NCBI GenBank assembly: GCA_012295275.1
Contig: CM022672.1
Location: 33,356,001-33,420,000 of the forward strand
DNA length: 64,000 bases
Direction of reading: 5' to 3'
Origin: Chrysomallon squamiferum
Lineage: Eukaryota > Animalia > Mollusca
The notes under the pieces are model-generated. The model ran no database searches, had not been told where the DNA came from, and was given only the letters and a program-made list of their open reading frames with translations. Positions 30,400 to 45,230 of this stretch are shown one piece after another (the first letter of the stretch is position 1; each line of letters starts with the position of its first letter). The position numbers were made by a program, and so were the translations under genes.

Positions 30400-31110
30400 G
30401 TTATCGTGGGTTTTATTTTCTTTACTTTTTTCAGCTTTCCTTTTTTCTTTTTATATTAAATATTATTATTTATTTTTATTTAATCGTTATTTTCATTTGT
30501 AATGTAACGAGTGTTTTTATTTTCAAAGTCATTTCTTATTTTTGTTTTTGTTTCCTTCTTTATTTGTTTACTTTATTAACTTTCTTTATAATGATAATAA
30601 TAATACCTCTTATACGTTATTAATTTAAGTACTCGTTGTATAAAATGGGAACCATTCTGCCAATGAAAAAGAAACACTCATATTTATGTTTGCTTTTTCG
30701 CGCCTTTCAATGGTTTAAGCTGGCACACGTGTTTAGCGAAGCGTTTAGACTTTAATAAACATGACAAAAGCATACTTCGCTTAGCTCGATTCCTTCTACT
30801 TTTGCTGAACGGTCACTGAGTTTTTTACGACTACACAAATTAGCGATTACAATTCCAGCTTCGGCAAGTTTCTTTCTAATGGTTGGCGTATTTCCAGTGA
30901 ACAAATAAAGCCGCCTAACACAAATATAATAATGACACTCGTATGAGTCAGCAGTGTAAAGTTTTGTCACAGCAGGCAGGTTCGACTCTGACAAAAGAAT
31001 GAACTGACTTTCACGTATGAGCTGCTAAACGTAAAGTTGAAAGTAAATGACATTTTTTCTTATATCATTCTGTATAATGCCTTTACTAGATATATTTTGA
31101 TCAGTAAGTA
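26170..31110 (+). repeat. Older diverged direct duplication of blocks 15040-15950, ~17950-18370 and 21330-23800
   Basis: 26170-27070 matches 15040-15950. 27095-27510 and 28150-28560 match the module that follows the ACTA arrays. 28860-31110 matches 21760-23800 with indels. Confidence 0.75.
29500..29800 (-). mobile_element. Tc1 transposase fragment
   Basis: IRPYVLPF...VLQQDNASP and, after a frameshift, LSPTERVWNE. These are the second-D and E regions of a DD34E catalytic domain. Confidence 0.7.
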
Positions 31111-31413
31111 TTTTTTTTTTTTTTTTTTTTTGAAATTTTTTTTTAGAAATACAGCCACAAAAAAAGTCGCTATGAGTAATGTAAATTTTATTTTATTGCG
31201 GCGTATTTTTATACTGTTATGTCAGAAGGAAGAAGAATGGATACAGTAGTTGCGAACTGGTGTCGCTAGTTCTACTTACAGTGTGAACAGTTACGTCATT
31301 TACAGTCGAAGGTTTACTACATGAAGTAGTAAATATAAATATAAATAAATAAATAGTAAATAAACAAACAAACAAACAAATAGTTTTTATTATTATTACT
31401 ACTACTACTACTG

Positions 31414-31444
<31 letters not shown>

Positions 31445-31783
31445 CAGAATCACGACCACTATTACTAAAATTGTAATTCTGTAGACTCAGTGATTTTTGC
31501 ACTTGAGTGCGACACAAGAGGCATTTTCATATCAGCAAAAAAAACAAAACAACAATAAAAACAAAGAGGCTCTGTATAAACGATTTTGACAATGTTCTTC
31601 AGAACGTTTTTATTTACTGCCATGTGTCAGAAGTGTACAGCATTTTTTTCATACCTCACGAATAAAAAGTTAAAATAAAAGTAACAAACAGAACAATTAG
31701 CATTTACAAGAATTCATTTGTTTTATATATGTGAGTGTGTGCATGTGTGGGTCTGTATTAAGCTGTTTGTGTGTAATATTGTC

Positions 31784-31847
<64 letters not shown>

Positions 31848-31875
31848 AATTATAAAAATATAACATTGTTAATGA

Positions 31876-31926
<51 letters not shown>

Positions 31927-32116
31927 TTTCTTCTTTCCTTCTAACGCTCACTCACTGTTTCTGTCCTTCCTTGACGAACTCAGAATACACAAGCAAAGGT
32001 TGAAAAAGAAAAAGGAAAACAAATAAAAAGAAGAAAACAACATATGGTTATTTCCTTATCTTTTCTAAGTTCAGTAAGTTCGACGGTCATAAAAACATCG
32101 AGTGAGAGAAGCAAAC

Positions 32117-33280
32117 ATGTTGGTTTTCGCTGTCCTAACGTTTTCTGCGTTTCTTTACACTTCAGATTCTTTCTGTCTGATGGACAGGTTAAAAATCAAC
32201 ATGACAGGTACGTTAATCATTTCTGTAGTCCGACATTCAAACCAAGGTGTCTTTACAACAAACGTATGTTATTAGTAGTATAGCTTATCTTCTTTGTCTT
32301 CGTTAATTAATTAATATTTATATATATGTCAGCTTGTAAGGAAACTTATGTCTGGTTTTTTTTTTTTTTTTTTTTTTTAGTAAATATCTAGTTAAAACTA
32401 GGGAATTTTATGAATGTGACATTAAAAACCTGGCTGACAGGTGGAAAGAGGACACCGAGAAGAATCATGACTGTAACATATATTTCATATTACCTGTTTT
32501 CAAAAGGGCAGAAACGATAAGGTTGAACATTTACTAAAAGGTGCTGTTTGTATATGTTTACTGATGTCAAAAGAAAGTGAATCTACATTTGTTTATTATT
32601 GTTAAATAAAAAAAAAAGAGAAACCAATGATGATTTTATTTGTTTATTGGCGCTAAAAGGTAATGTTTGTATTTGTTTATTATTCGTAAATGTTATCAGC
32701 TCGTTTTATTAACAATTTAGGCAATTTATATAAATGTATGTGTGTGTGGGTAGTAAAAGATATATATCTATATGTATGTGTGTGTGTATATATATAATAT
32801 ATCCCTCAGCAACAAACACGTACAACACACAGACAGTCAAACACGCACGCACACGCACACACACACACACACACACACAAACAAATGCTATCACTTGTAT
32901 CTAGGACGCGATAAGAAAGAAAAAAGATTAAATATGTTCTTAGGGAGCAAAGATTAACATAGTTTCAGTCATATTATCATAATATGAGAGTGTACTTAAA
33001 TTGGACATTTACTAAATTATTGCTGTTGTTGTAGGTGACGGACAGATGAAAACGTACTGCCAGTTTGACGGTGTTGTGATGTCACTGGGAGATTCTGTTA
33101 AATTCGAGAATAAATGTGTAGAGTGTGAATGTTCATATCATGGACTTTCATGTTGCGGGTATGTATTGTCCTGTATTGGTCAAACAAATAAACTCATTTT
33201 AAATTTCTAAAAACAAATGATGATCAAGATAACGAAGATTATGATGATGACGATGATGATGGTCATGATGATGATTCTTA

Positions 33281-33336
<56 letters not shown>

Positions 33337-33619
33337 TATTATTATTATTATTATTTAGTTTTATTATTATTATTATATCTTATGTATTCACTATCACCTC
33401 GAAGATAAACAGGACCAGTCCCATCGTAATGACACTCCCTCTATCAGATGGCAACACCTTCTTGAAAAAAACACACAAAAAAACCAGCCTCCATTCGTTA
33501 TGGTCTTCATATGAAACGTGACCCCTAAAACTACTACTACTACTACTATTATCACCATCATCATCATTATTGTTATTATTATAATAATAATAATAATTAT
33601 TATTATTATTATTATTATT

Positions 33620-33652
<33 letters not shown>

Positions 33653-33796
33653 ATTGTCGATGTACACAGATATGGTATCAGTGCGGGAGTAATTCAACCT
33701 CCAAACGGATGCATCGTCAAAGCAGACGGTTGCAAAGCTCTGCTGGTGAAGGCTGACGATACGTCACGTGACTGCTCGACGGGAGAGTTACTATGA
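32117..33796 (+). CDS. Beta-microseminoprotein (MSMB/PSP94)-like secreted protein, subtype B, intact, 113 aa; exons 32117-32207, 33035-33158, 33670-33796
   Basis: GT-AG introns in phases 1 and 2. Protein MLVFAVLTFSAFLYTSDSFCLMDRLKINMTGDGQMKTYCQFDGVVMSLGDSVKFENKCVECECSYHGLSCCGYGISAGVIQPPNGCIVKADGCKALLVKADDTSRDCSTGELL has a signal peptide and 10 Cys in the C..C..CxxCxC..CC..C..C..C pattern of MSMB. AATAAA at 33842-33847. Confidence 0.9.
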
Positions 33797-35238
33797 AAGT
33801 GAAAGAACTTTTTCGTATCTGTAAAACGAAAGTAAAACTGAAATAAAATATTTTGCTAGCTGAATTTTTTTAACTCATGTAGTCATTTTGTTCAAGCTTA
33901 TTAATATTCAGTCGGGGGGTATGTTTGATCATAGAATTTTTTTAATTTCTTTTTATTATGTCAAGCCAGGATGATTTGACCATATCATTTCACGTTGTAT
34001 ATTCTAATCTTTTTTGTTATAAAAGAAATGATTTCCTAGTTTACAGTTATACTGTTCCTGTATCTGGAATCTGCTGTTGGTGTCTAAAGGTTTGATGTTC
34101 CTTATTTAGTGCTGATAAATGAAGTTTAAGACACACATACATATACTGAGAAACTGCAGGTGACACCTCCTCACCCTTCTGCATACAGAGATGTAGAGAT
34201 ATATATTTTTTTAAATTAATATATTTTTGTGTATTGTAATTTAAATTATACGTGTGTGAATCTCTCCGGTTCGCTACCTTAGCAAACATCTTTCTGATAC
34301 AGTTTATGGTAACTTACGGTATATTTTTCCAAGTTGACTAAGTTAGAAATGTCACATAGGTATAGAAGAATGTTTCTGTTCGTTCTTCTCAGTTTGGACA
34401 TTTAGAATGTGTATAACGTATGAGTTTGTGTCTGTGTTTCAATGATTATATGTGCATATTTACGTATATGTGCTTGTTTGACGTGTATTTTTATGCACAA
34501 TCCATACACACACCGACAGACAAACACATAGACATACACACACACACAGTCATATGAAGTATATATACTTTGCTTATTCTATCACCCATCGGCTTTTCTT
34601 GAATGGTTTGTTGTATAACGATTTATCATCCCATCACGAGTTCCTGCACGAGTGATGTGTCTCTATAGCAATCTATATGTGTTATATATACACATTTCCA
34701 TCTGTCCGTGCGATTTCTGTCTGTTTCTCTATCTGCCTTTCTTTTTCCTTTCTGTCTATCTAGCCGCCTGCATAACTAACTACCTGTCTATAATCTCTAT
34801 CTTTCTGTATGTGTGTCTGAGTATCAATCTTTTTTATTGTTCTTTGTTTCGTTCCTTCTTTTAACTTTTTTCTCATTTGTTTCTTTCTGTCTTGTGTAAG
34901 TGTATATAAATCGATATTTCAGTCTGCATACTGTGTACATGTATGTACTGTATTTGTTTATGACTCAGGGTTCGTTAAATAAAAATAATAATATAAATAC
35001 TACGTAAAGAAACGAAATACTATTTAAAAATAGACATTCAGTAACAGATGTCATTTTATGACTAAATAAATCTAAATAAATTAAAAAATAAATAAATAAA
35101 TAAACACAAACATAGAAATAAAAATTAAACAGAAAAATAAAGAGAAGAAAAATAAGCGTCGATTTTACCCCTGTTTATTTATTTACGTATTCATTCAGTT
35201 AGATAGTTAATAAATTATTAGTATTAACTAAATTTGAG

Positions 35239-35270
<32 letters not shown>

Positions 35271-35291
35271 AAAAAAAAAAACAACAACGAA

Positions 35292-35334
<43 letters not shown>

Positions 35335-37099
35335 GAAATAATGATCTAACAAAGAAGCAAATAAATAAACACAGTATATTTAAATTCAGTTATACATTAG
35401 TACCTAGATAACTCGATAGCTAATATGAATCATTTTTAACACCGGTAGCAATAAGAGTTGACTTATAAAAATAAAACTGTCGTGTCGCGATGTGTCAGAC
35501 GACTGACAAATATTATACAACAATGCGTACACCATTTCTCGTATAGGTGACAAACCATTCTGCTGAGGAAAGAGTTCAAGTGTCAGTTGCAAGGGGCGAT
35601 CTGCCATTTCTAAGATAATAGGCCATTTCATGAAAACGTTCGTATCTGCTGTCAGAAAAACTGATGATGTTTATAGAGGCATTATTTCTTTTGATTAAAA
35701 TACAGAGTTTGATAGGTTTTCTTCAACTACATCGTTATGTTAAACATTTTATTAACATAGGTGGTGATAACCCACCAGGCTCCAGGGTAACGGATCCTGT
35801 GGGTCATGATCTCAAACAGTAAAACTACCTAGAAACAATATACATCAAACTTACTACTAAATTGTATGAGAAGACACCTCTCACTTTCTTCCGTATTTTC
35901 TTTTTTATACGACATACACCACTCTAGTCTATCATCAAGTAAAGTAATACCAGTAATTAAGAATCTAACAGTTATCTGTTCGTTTGAAATGCAGTGGCAT
36001 CCAATCAGCCACCTGACCATGGGACACCATAGTAGTCTCCTACAGAAAATGGCTTATTGGTCACCAACTCCACATTCATTATGTTCGCCCAGTGTACCAG
36101 CGAACCATATGGCTGATCGAAGAAAACTGCATTAAGAAGTGAACAGAAATTTCTAACAAAAACCCAACCCTTTACAGCATCTATGAAATATGTGTTATCA
36201 CCTCAATCGATCCCAGTTTCTCCTATCATACCAGATCCCGCTGCAAAATGCTCATGAAAGCAAGTCTAAAGTTTCAAGTTATCTCCGTGACCTCCGTGAT
36301 CATCAAACGGAACCGCTGTCTTCTCCAACCGCCCGCTTCCCGCTTCTCCCTCCATACCCAGAACCAGAGCCTGGACTCAAACCTGATTGAGTTTCTGAGG
36401 ACGTTGGTGAATCCCGAGGAACCAAAGAGAAAAGAGAAACCATTAGGCGGGTCAAATTTCAAAGGTGCTTTAGTTCCTCAAACAAAACTGATCGCTATTT
36501 AATGTAACTTCAAAATTTAAAAACTCGGTTTTGTGTATATTCGTGTAAAAGAACTAATTATTAGCAGATGTTGACAGTCAGAAACAGATTATTTACATAT
36601 TATTACTATCAATACATGTTTAACATCTGTCGTTACTTCATCTTTTCTTTATTTCGTATACAGAGGCTAGATTATCTCAAGAATATACAAATAAAAATTA
36701 ATACTTTAATAATATAAACATAGTTAGTTAAAAGAACTGTGTCTAATGAAATACAGTTTCATAGATAACCGGGTTTTACGTTAAACAAAGACAAGGTCGT
36801 CTATCTTCCTCACCACTCTACTCTGTTTCATGTTTCACGCAAAGAGAATTGGCTCTGTCTTTCCCAGGTGCAGAGACAATTTATTATCAATTAGCAACGC
36901 AATGTTCATTCTAGTCCATTTTAAAGTTATTGCTGAATTTCTGTTGTGTTTCTCTCTAGCAATAGCAGTGCAGTCGTCGGTATAGAATTATAATTTACCC
37001 TAGACTTCTAATGGGATATCGTTGTGTGTGAGTATATATATATGTATGTGTATATTATATGTATGTAGGTATTTATGTATGTATGCATCAATATATGTA

Positions 37100-37144
<45 letters not shown>

Positions 37145-37404
37145 TTGATACACACAGACAAACACAAACACACATAAATTCATACACATATGTACATTTA
37201 TATACATAAATACATACGTACATCCATAAATATGTATGTGTGTGTGAATATATACATATACATCAACATATACGCATACGCACTCGTTCTACGTGGATAA
37301 TGATAATAATAACAGAGCACATGGTATTAGAAGAAGTAGAAAAAGAAGAAGAAGAAGAAATGGAAGAAGCATAAGAAGAAAACGAATAAGAAAAAAAGAG
37401 AAAG

Positions 37405-37436
<32 letters not shown>

Positions 37437-37460
37437 AGAAGAGCAAGAAACAGTAATAAC

Positions 37461-37913
37461 CCGCAACATGAGAGGCCAAAACCAGTGCATGTGCACTTTG
37501 TACACTTCTCCTCTACTTTATACGTGTCGCCAACGTCTGATTGTCTACCATCTTCATCTTTACAGTGTTTACCCACAGAACCTGTACATAAAATAATATA
37601 AATATGCACTGTTTATTCCGCCATTATTAAAATTAACATGATCATACTGACGAAAATTATGTTGTTGATGATGACGTTTTATAGAGGTAGTAGGAGTGGT
37701 AGTAGTAATAATGATAATGATCATGATAATTATGATGTTGGTGATGAAGATAGTAGTAGCAGTAGTAGTAGTAATAGTAAGTAGATGAAAATAGTAGTAG
37801 CAGTAGTAGTATTAATAGTAAGTAGATGAACATTGCAGTAGCTGTAGTAGTAGCAGTCATGTAAAAAAGGAGACATAGTAGTACCAGCAGTAGTAGTAAC
37901 TTGGGTGATAATA

Positions 37914-37944
<31 letters not shown>

Positions 37945-38280
37945 ACATCGGCAGCAACAACAATAACAATTATTATTATAACATTAATCTATGTTTAGAA
38001 GTATTGGAAGTAGCAATTTACTAGTAGTGGATAATAGTAGCCGTAGTGGTAGTAGTAGTAGTAGTTATCGACGCAGTGGTGATCGTTGCAGTGGTATAAG
38101 TAGTAGTAGTCGTAATAATAATGGAACAGCATCAGCAACTTATTGAACCTATTTTCCAAAGACTGCAGTAATATAAATTATTATGTTCTACTTACCGAAT
38201 GGTTTAGGGCTGTAAAGTAAACAGCTTGAATCCGTACTTGTAAGAGAATTTAAAACACATAGCAGAATGAAAAGCAACAT
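37461..38280 (-). pseudogene. MSMB-like subtype A copy lacking exon 3; exons 38280-38196 and 37581-37461
   Basis: MLLFILLCVLNSLTSTDSSCLLYSPKPF|GSVGKHCKDEDGRQSDVGDTYKVEEKCTKCTCTGFGLSCCG with intact splice sites. Intron 2 is cut at ~37020 and no minus-strand exon 3 follows in the window. Confidence 0.8.
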
Positions 38281-38838
38281 TTCTTCAGATCTTAGTCTGA
38301 CCTTTCTATTCCTGAACTGCTGTTGCGGATTTTGTGAAGCATTTATTGTAGATAATTGTTTGGTTTTTTTTTTTTTTTTTTTAGTAATACGAAGCAAACA
38401 AAAATAGCACATTTCTTTGTGAAATGCTTAATTAAAAGAAAACAAACACCGCTGACTGAATAACAAAAACAATCAACAGAGGATTATTATTATTCTTATT
38501 TCTCTTTTTTTTTTTTTTTTTTTTCGTTCTTGCTTTGTGCTAGGATATCTTGTAATGCATTAATTACTGTATATTTCTAATTTAGTGTCCGTTTCTGGAT
38601 TTCTCTATGTCCGTGTGAATATGTTAATTTAGAATGTGTATAACGTATGGGTTTGTGTTATATTTCAATTCTTATATGTGCATCTTTTCGTTTATGTGCT
38701 TGTTTGATGTGTGTTTTTATGCACAATCCATACACATACCGACACACAAACACAAACACACAATCACACACACACACAAACACACAGACACACACTCACA
38801 CAGTCATCTCAAGTGTACATACACACACCGACAGAGAA

Positions 38839-38869
<31 letters not shown>

Positions 38870-39263
38870 GTCTGATGGGTCAGTAGACTACAAAATTGGC
38901 TTGGTTAAATCAAGCAGTGGTTAATAAACCAATATGCTCGATTATATTTAATCACTTAATTTCATATCCTAATACAGAAAATGTATTGGATCATATGAAG
39001 AGGAAGTATCTTGGCTATAAATTGTTTTTGTTAATATTTGAATTAATATTTAATCTGCAGAAAAAGAAATGATTTCTTTTCTATATCTCTGAACCTATAA
39101 AAAGTTAGAACACTGATGACTCTAACAAATATTTTCTAAGACTAAAGACTATCGTAAACTCACCATATAATAATACCACATTACCACGTGCTTCAGGAGA
39201 ATCTGGTTTAAGTTTGTAAAAAAAAAATTTCATGTTATATTATGTGTATATTATGAGAATAGG

Positions 39264-39361
<98 letters not shown>

Positions 39362-39385
39362 TAACAATAATAATAATAATAATAC

Positions 39386-39431
<46 letters not shown>

Positions 39432-40499
39432 CATAAACATATTCATATTAAGTAAATTTAAGAAAAAAAGAAAAAAAGAAAGGAAAAGAAAAGAATTTAT
39501 TAAATGAAACAGTTGTCAAAACTTACCTCGTATAGACAGTTTAAAATACAGTTGGATGGTGCGACCGAGTACGGGATTATCGTAAAATAGTTTTTCATGT
39601 TTCTAATCATCTCGTATTTACTTTTTTATCGTCTGCTTCGTTCACCTACTTTATAAACTAGAGTTACCTCCCTTCCTTTACAAACGAAGACCTTATTCTT
39701 ACAGTATGTTTTATTTTTAGTTGAGTTCGATATCATATATATATATATAACTTTTTATATAATTTTTTGTTTTTTATTTTTTAAACGTTATGATTTTTTG
39801 TTTATATAAATCATTGACTTATTTACTTATTGTAGTCGTCTGCTTCCTTGAACTACTTATTATCTAGAGTTACTTCCCTTCTGTCAATAACAAAATATTT
39901 TATTTTTTCATCGATGTTCGATATCTAATAAAAATAAATATGTTATTGCAAATTGAATAACGATGATTATGAGTAAATAACTAGGTCGTAACTAACATGG
40001 CTAATCGATTAGAAAACATTTAAGCTAATTTAAGTTTTTACTTTTAATATGTTATTGCTTGAATAACGATGATTAAAATAACTAACGTATTCGATTAAAA
40101 ACATTTAGTTAAAATATTTAATTTAGAAAAAATATATTATGCTTACTTTTATTTTTCTTTGTATTCTTCGTTTTAATACTTTAATTATTTATCTTCAGTG
40201 TAAATTATATCGATAATAATGTGTGCTAAGTAATAAATAAATATAGACAAAAAAAAATGTTTATTTATTTTATTAAAATGTATTTTGATTCTTAACATCG
40301 TCTATTTTCAATCGTTCTTTTTTGACTGAGACCATTTTGGAAAAATTAACGATAGGAGAAAAAGCAAGAACAAAACAAAGGAAATTATGTAGGTGTGTAA
40401 CAGTTTTCTGATATGGTTGAACATGGCGTTTTGATCCAGATAATGAAAGCTCTAGACTCAATAATTCAGACTAAACTGGTTTCGATCCTATTTTCGTGA

Positions 40500-40760
40500 G
40501 TGGCACGATGTGGAAGAAATTGGTGACGTTACTTCCATCATGGGTCGCATATTCTTTTTCATCTAATGTGAACGATATCCCATTAGAAGTCTAGGGTAAA
40601 TTATAATTCTATACCGACGACTGCACTGCTATTGCTAGACAGAAACACAACAGAATTTCAGCAATAACTTTAAAATGGACTAGAATGAACACGGCGTTGC
40701 TAATTGATAATAAATTGTCTCTGCACCTGGGAAAGACAGAGTCAATTCTCTTTGCGTCAA
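40500..40760 (+). mobile_element. CR1/L2-type LINE RT fragment (further copies on the minus strand at ~36840-37020 and ~56330-56590)
   Basis: VNDIPLEV*GKL*FYTDDCTAIA...LIDNKLSLHLGKTESILFAS, i.e. the YxDD catalytic region and the following NKLSLHLGKTE motif. Confidence 0.8.
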
Positions 40761-43407
40761 ATATGAAACAGAGCAGAGGGGTGAGGAAGAGAGACGATCT
40801 TGTCTTTGTTTAACGTAAAACCCGGTTATCCATGAAAGTTTAGTTCATTTGACACAGTTCTTTTAACTAACTATGTTTATATTATTAAAGTATTAATTTT
40901 TATTTGTATATTCTTGAGATAATCTAATCTCTGTATATGAAATAAAGAAAAGATGAAGTAACGACAGATGTTAAACATGTATTCATAGTAATAATATGTA
41001 AATAATCTGTTTCTGACTGTCAACATCTGCTAATAATTAGTTCTTTTACACGAATATTCGCAATATCGAGTTTTTAAATTTTGAAGTTACATTAAATAGC
41101 GATCAATTTTGTTTGAGGAAGTAAAGTACTTTTGAAATTTGACCCACCTAATGGTTTCTCTTTTCTCTTTGATTCCACGGGACTCACCAACGTCCTCAGA
41201 AACTCAATCGAGGTTTGAGTGTAGGCTCTGGTTCTGGGTATGGAGGGAGAAGCGGGAAGCGGGCGGTTGCAGAAGACAGCGGATCCGTTTGATGATCACG
41301 GAGGTCACGGTGACAACTTGAAACTTTAGCCTTGCTTTGATCAGCGTTTTGCAGCGGGATCTCGTATGATAGGAGAAACTGGGGGTCGATTGAGGTGATA
41401 ACAGATATTTTATAGATCCTGTAAAAGGTTGTGTTTTTGTTAGAAATTTCTTTTCACTTCTTAATGCAGTTTTCGTTGATCAGCCATGTAGTTCTCTGGT
41501 ACACTGGTTAAAATAATGAATGTTCTGTTGGTGACCAATGAGCCAGTTTCTGTAGAGACTACTATAGTGTCCCATGGTCAGGTGGCTCATTGGATCCCAC
41601 TGCATTTCAAACGAAAAGACAACTGATAGATAATTCATAGATGATTTATTATGGTATTATTTTACTTGAGGAGAAATGAGACTGCGGTAACTGGTATAAA
41701 AATAATGCCTAGAGATAAAGAACGGCAGAAGTGAATGATACGATTCAGCGGCAGTGTTGATGGGTTCCATCTGGAATACGATTCAGCATTAGCTTAGGGC
41801 TCTTGGAAGTACGCTGAAACCATAGATACTGAGTCAGTGGCGCAGTATGCTTTAGACTGAGGTCAGTGTATTGAAAATGTAGTTCACCCTTTAGTTTAAT
41901 TCACCTCAAATGAAATTTATGAGAGTAATAATAAAAAAGATTTACATATGTGTTGTTTCTAGGTAGATTTGCTGTTTGATATCATCACCCACAGGATCCC
42001 TTACCCTGGGGCCTGGTGGGTTATCACGACCCATGTTAATAAAGTGTTTAACATAACGATGTAGTTGAAGAAAACCTATCAAACTCTATATTTTAATCAA
42101 AAGAAATAATGCCTCTATAAACATCATCAGTTTTTCTGACAGCAGATACGAACGTTTTCATGAAATGGCCAATTATCTTAGAAATGGCAGATCGCCCCTT
42201 GCAACTGACACTTGAACTCTTTCCTTAGCAGAATGAAATCTGTGAGAGGAGTAGCAATACACTGCTACAGCAGCTGGCTTCCTTGCATCACAATGGCGAC
42301 TGTAGCGTCACGATTTGTCAGTCTCTCACAAAGTGATGCAGGCATTAAGAGATTAAAAACATTTTTAAAAAGGTACGTGTGGTATTGAGACATTTTGTTG
42401 AGAAATCATGCAGATGTCTGTTTATGATTTGTCACCTGAACGAGAAATGGTGCACGCATTGTTGTATAATATTTGTCAGCCGTGTGACACATCGCGACAC
42501 GACAGTTTTATTTTGTATAAGTCAGCTGTTATTGCTACCTGTGTTAAAAACGATTCATATTAGCTGTCGAGTTATCCAGGTACTAATGTACAACTGAATT
42601 TAAATATACTGTGTTTATTTATTTGTTTCTTTGTTAGATCATTATTTGTTATTTCATTTATTTATTTATTCGTTTACTTTTTTTTTGTAAGTTTATATGT
42701 TTTTTTTGGTCAAATGTAGTTAATACTAATAATTTATTAACTATGTAACTGAATGAATACATAAATAAATAAACAGTGGTAAAAACGACGCTTATTTTTC
42801 TTCTCTTTATTTTTCTGTTTAATTTTTATTTCTGTGTTTGTGTTTATTTATTTATTTATTTTTTATTTATTTAGATTTATTTAGTCATAAAATGACATCT
42901 GTTACTGAATGTCTATTTTTAAATAGTATTTCGTTTCTTTACGTAGTATTTATATTATTACTTTTATTTAACGAACCATGACTCATAAACAAATACAGTA
43001 CATACATGTACACTGTATGCAGACTGAAATATCGATTTATATACACTTACACACGACAGAAAGAAACAAAACAGAAAAAAGTTAAAAGAACGAACGAAAG
43101 AAAGAACTATAAAAAAGATTGATACTCAGACAGACACACATACAGAAAGATAGAGATTATAGACAGGTAGTTAGTTATGCAGGCGGCTAGACAGAAAGGA
43201 AAAAGAAAGGCAGATAGAGAAGCTGACAGAAATCGCACGGACAGATGGAAATGTGTATATATAAGACATATAGATTGCTATAGAGACAGATCACTCGTGC
43301 AGGAACTCGTGATGGGATGATAAATCGTTATACAACAAACCATTCAACCAAAGCCGATGGGTGATAGAATAAGCAAAGTATATAAACTTGATATGATTCT
43401 GTGTGTG

Positions 43408-43461
<54 letters not shown>

Positions 43462-43841
43462 GGTGTGTGTATGGATTGTGCATAGAAATACACGTCAAAC
43501 AAGCACATATAATCATTGAAACACAGACACAAACTCATACGTTATACACATTCTAAATTAACATAACACATGGATATATAGAAAACGGAAAACGTACACA
43601 AAATTACAACTATACATGTCCAAACTGAGAAGAACGAACAGAAACATTCTTCTATACCTATGTGACATTTCTAACTTAGTCAACTTGGAAAAAGATACCG
43701 TAAGTTACCATAAATTGTATCAGAAAGATGTTTGCTAAGCAGGTAGCGAAGCGGAGAGATTCAAAACGTATAATGTAAATTACAGTACACAAAAATATAT
43801 CAATTTAAAACAAAAAAAACAAAAAAATCTCTCTACATCTC

Positions 43842-43892
<51 letters not shown>

Positions 43893-44384
43893 GCACACAA
43901 ATATATATAATAGAATCTTTTTACTCTCTCTCTCTCTCTCTCTGTCTCTCAAAGACACACACACAAACACCCGAACAGATACACGATTCAACATAATAAT
44001 TATGTATGTCTTATTGATTTGATTTAATTTAATTTTTATTTTACCTTATTTATCTTATTTTTATTTTTTATTTTTTATTATTATTACTTTTTTTTAACAT
44101 ATTTTAATTTATCCTTTTTCAATTTAAATTGATTTTTATTTCTATTTCATTTCCATTATTCAAGATTATTTTTTTTACATTTTGTTTTCATTTCTACTTG
44201 AAATCTAATCTTTAGTTTTATTTATTATTTTTTTTTTTGCAAATTTATTTTTTTATTTATTTAATTTTTAGAACATTTTTAATTTATTCGATATTATTAT
44301 TATTGGGTTTTTTTTTTTTTTCATGCTGTCGTAACTGGGCAGCTGCTGTGATGTTGGAATGATGATGATCGCTATTATTATCAC

Positions 44385-44454
<70 letters not shown>

Positions 44455-45230
44455 GTGATTCTGTGGACCAAGTCGATTGGCAAATTTAACTGAATTTTTA
44501 TGTGTGAATTTGTTGTTCTTATAAACACTTTTACTTAAACAGTAGGATTAGCACCGTGCAGCAGATGTTGTATTGATTTTAAGTATTTTAAACTATGTCA
44601 CCAAAAAGAAATTATAATAATACAAATTAAAATCAAATAAATTGAAATGAAATAAAAACTAAATTGAAAAAAAAAAGAAACAAGAAAATAATTATAAAAT
44701 TAAAATTAAAAGGTCAATAATCTATTTCATGATGGTATAATACTATCGTCATCATACTATACAGAACAAGCTTTCATTCCTGTTTCTATCTCATCTAGTT
44801 ACGATGGATTTATCACCCTAGCAGAAGGGTGAGGAGATGTCACCCGCAGTTTCTCAATATATGTATGTGTGTCTTAAACTTCATTTAACAGCACTAAATA
44901 AGAAACAGCAAACCGTTAGACACCAACAGTAGACTCCAGATACAGGAACAGTATAACTATAAACTGGCAAATCATTTCTTTTATAACACAAAAGATTAGA
45001 ATATACAACATGAAATGATATGGTCGAATCATCCTGATTTGACATAAAAAAAAACATAAAGAAATAAAAAAAAAATTATGATGAAACATACGCCCCAACT
45101 GAATATTAATAAGCTTGAACAAAATGACTACATGAGTTAGAAAAATTCAGCTAGCAAAATATTTTATTTCAGTTTTACTTTCGTTTTACAGTTACGCAAA
45201 AGTTCTTTCACTTTCATAGTAACTTTCCCG

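Larger units (their letters stand above)
34260..43760. repeat. Large inverted repeat: arms ~34260-37020 and ~40580-43760 around a ~3.5 kb spacer
   Basis: Colinear reverse-complement matches along the arms, with indels. Confidence 0.8.

Noticed and set aside
32088-32094. CATAAAA as TATA box of the intact MSMB-like gene
   Set aside because: Only ~22 nt before the ATG, which leaves no room for a 5' UTR.
41225-41330. GSGSGYGGRSGKR stretch resembling a neuropeptide cleavage site
   Set aside because: Flanked by stops, no signal peptide, and the frame is not conserved among the duplicated copies.
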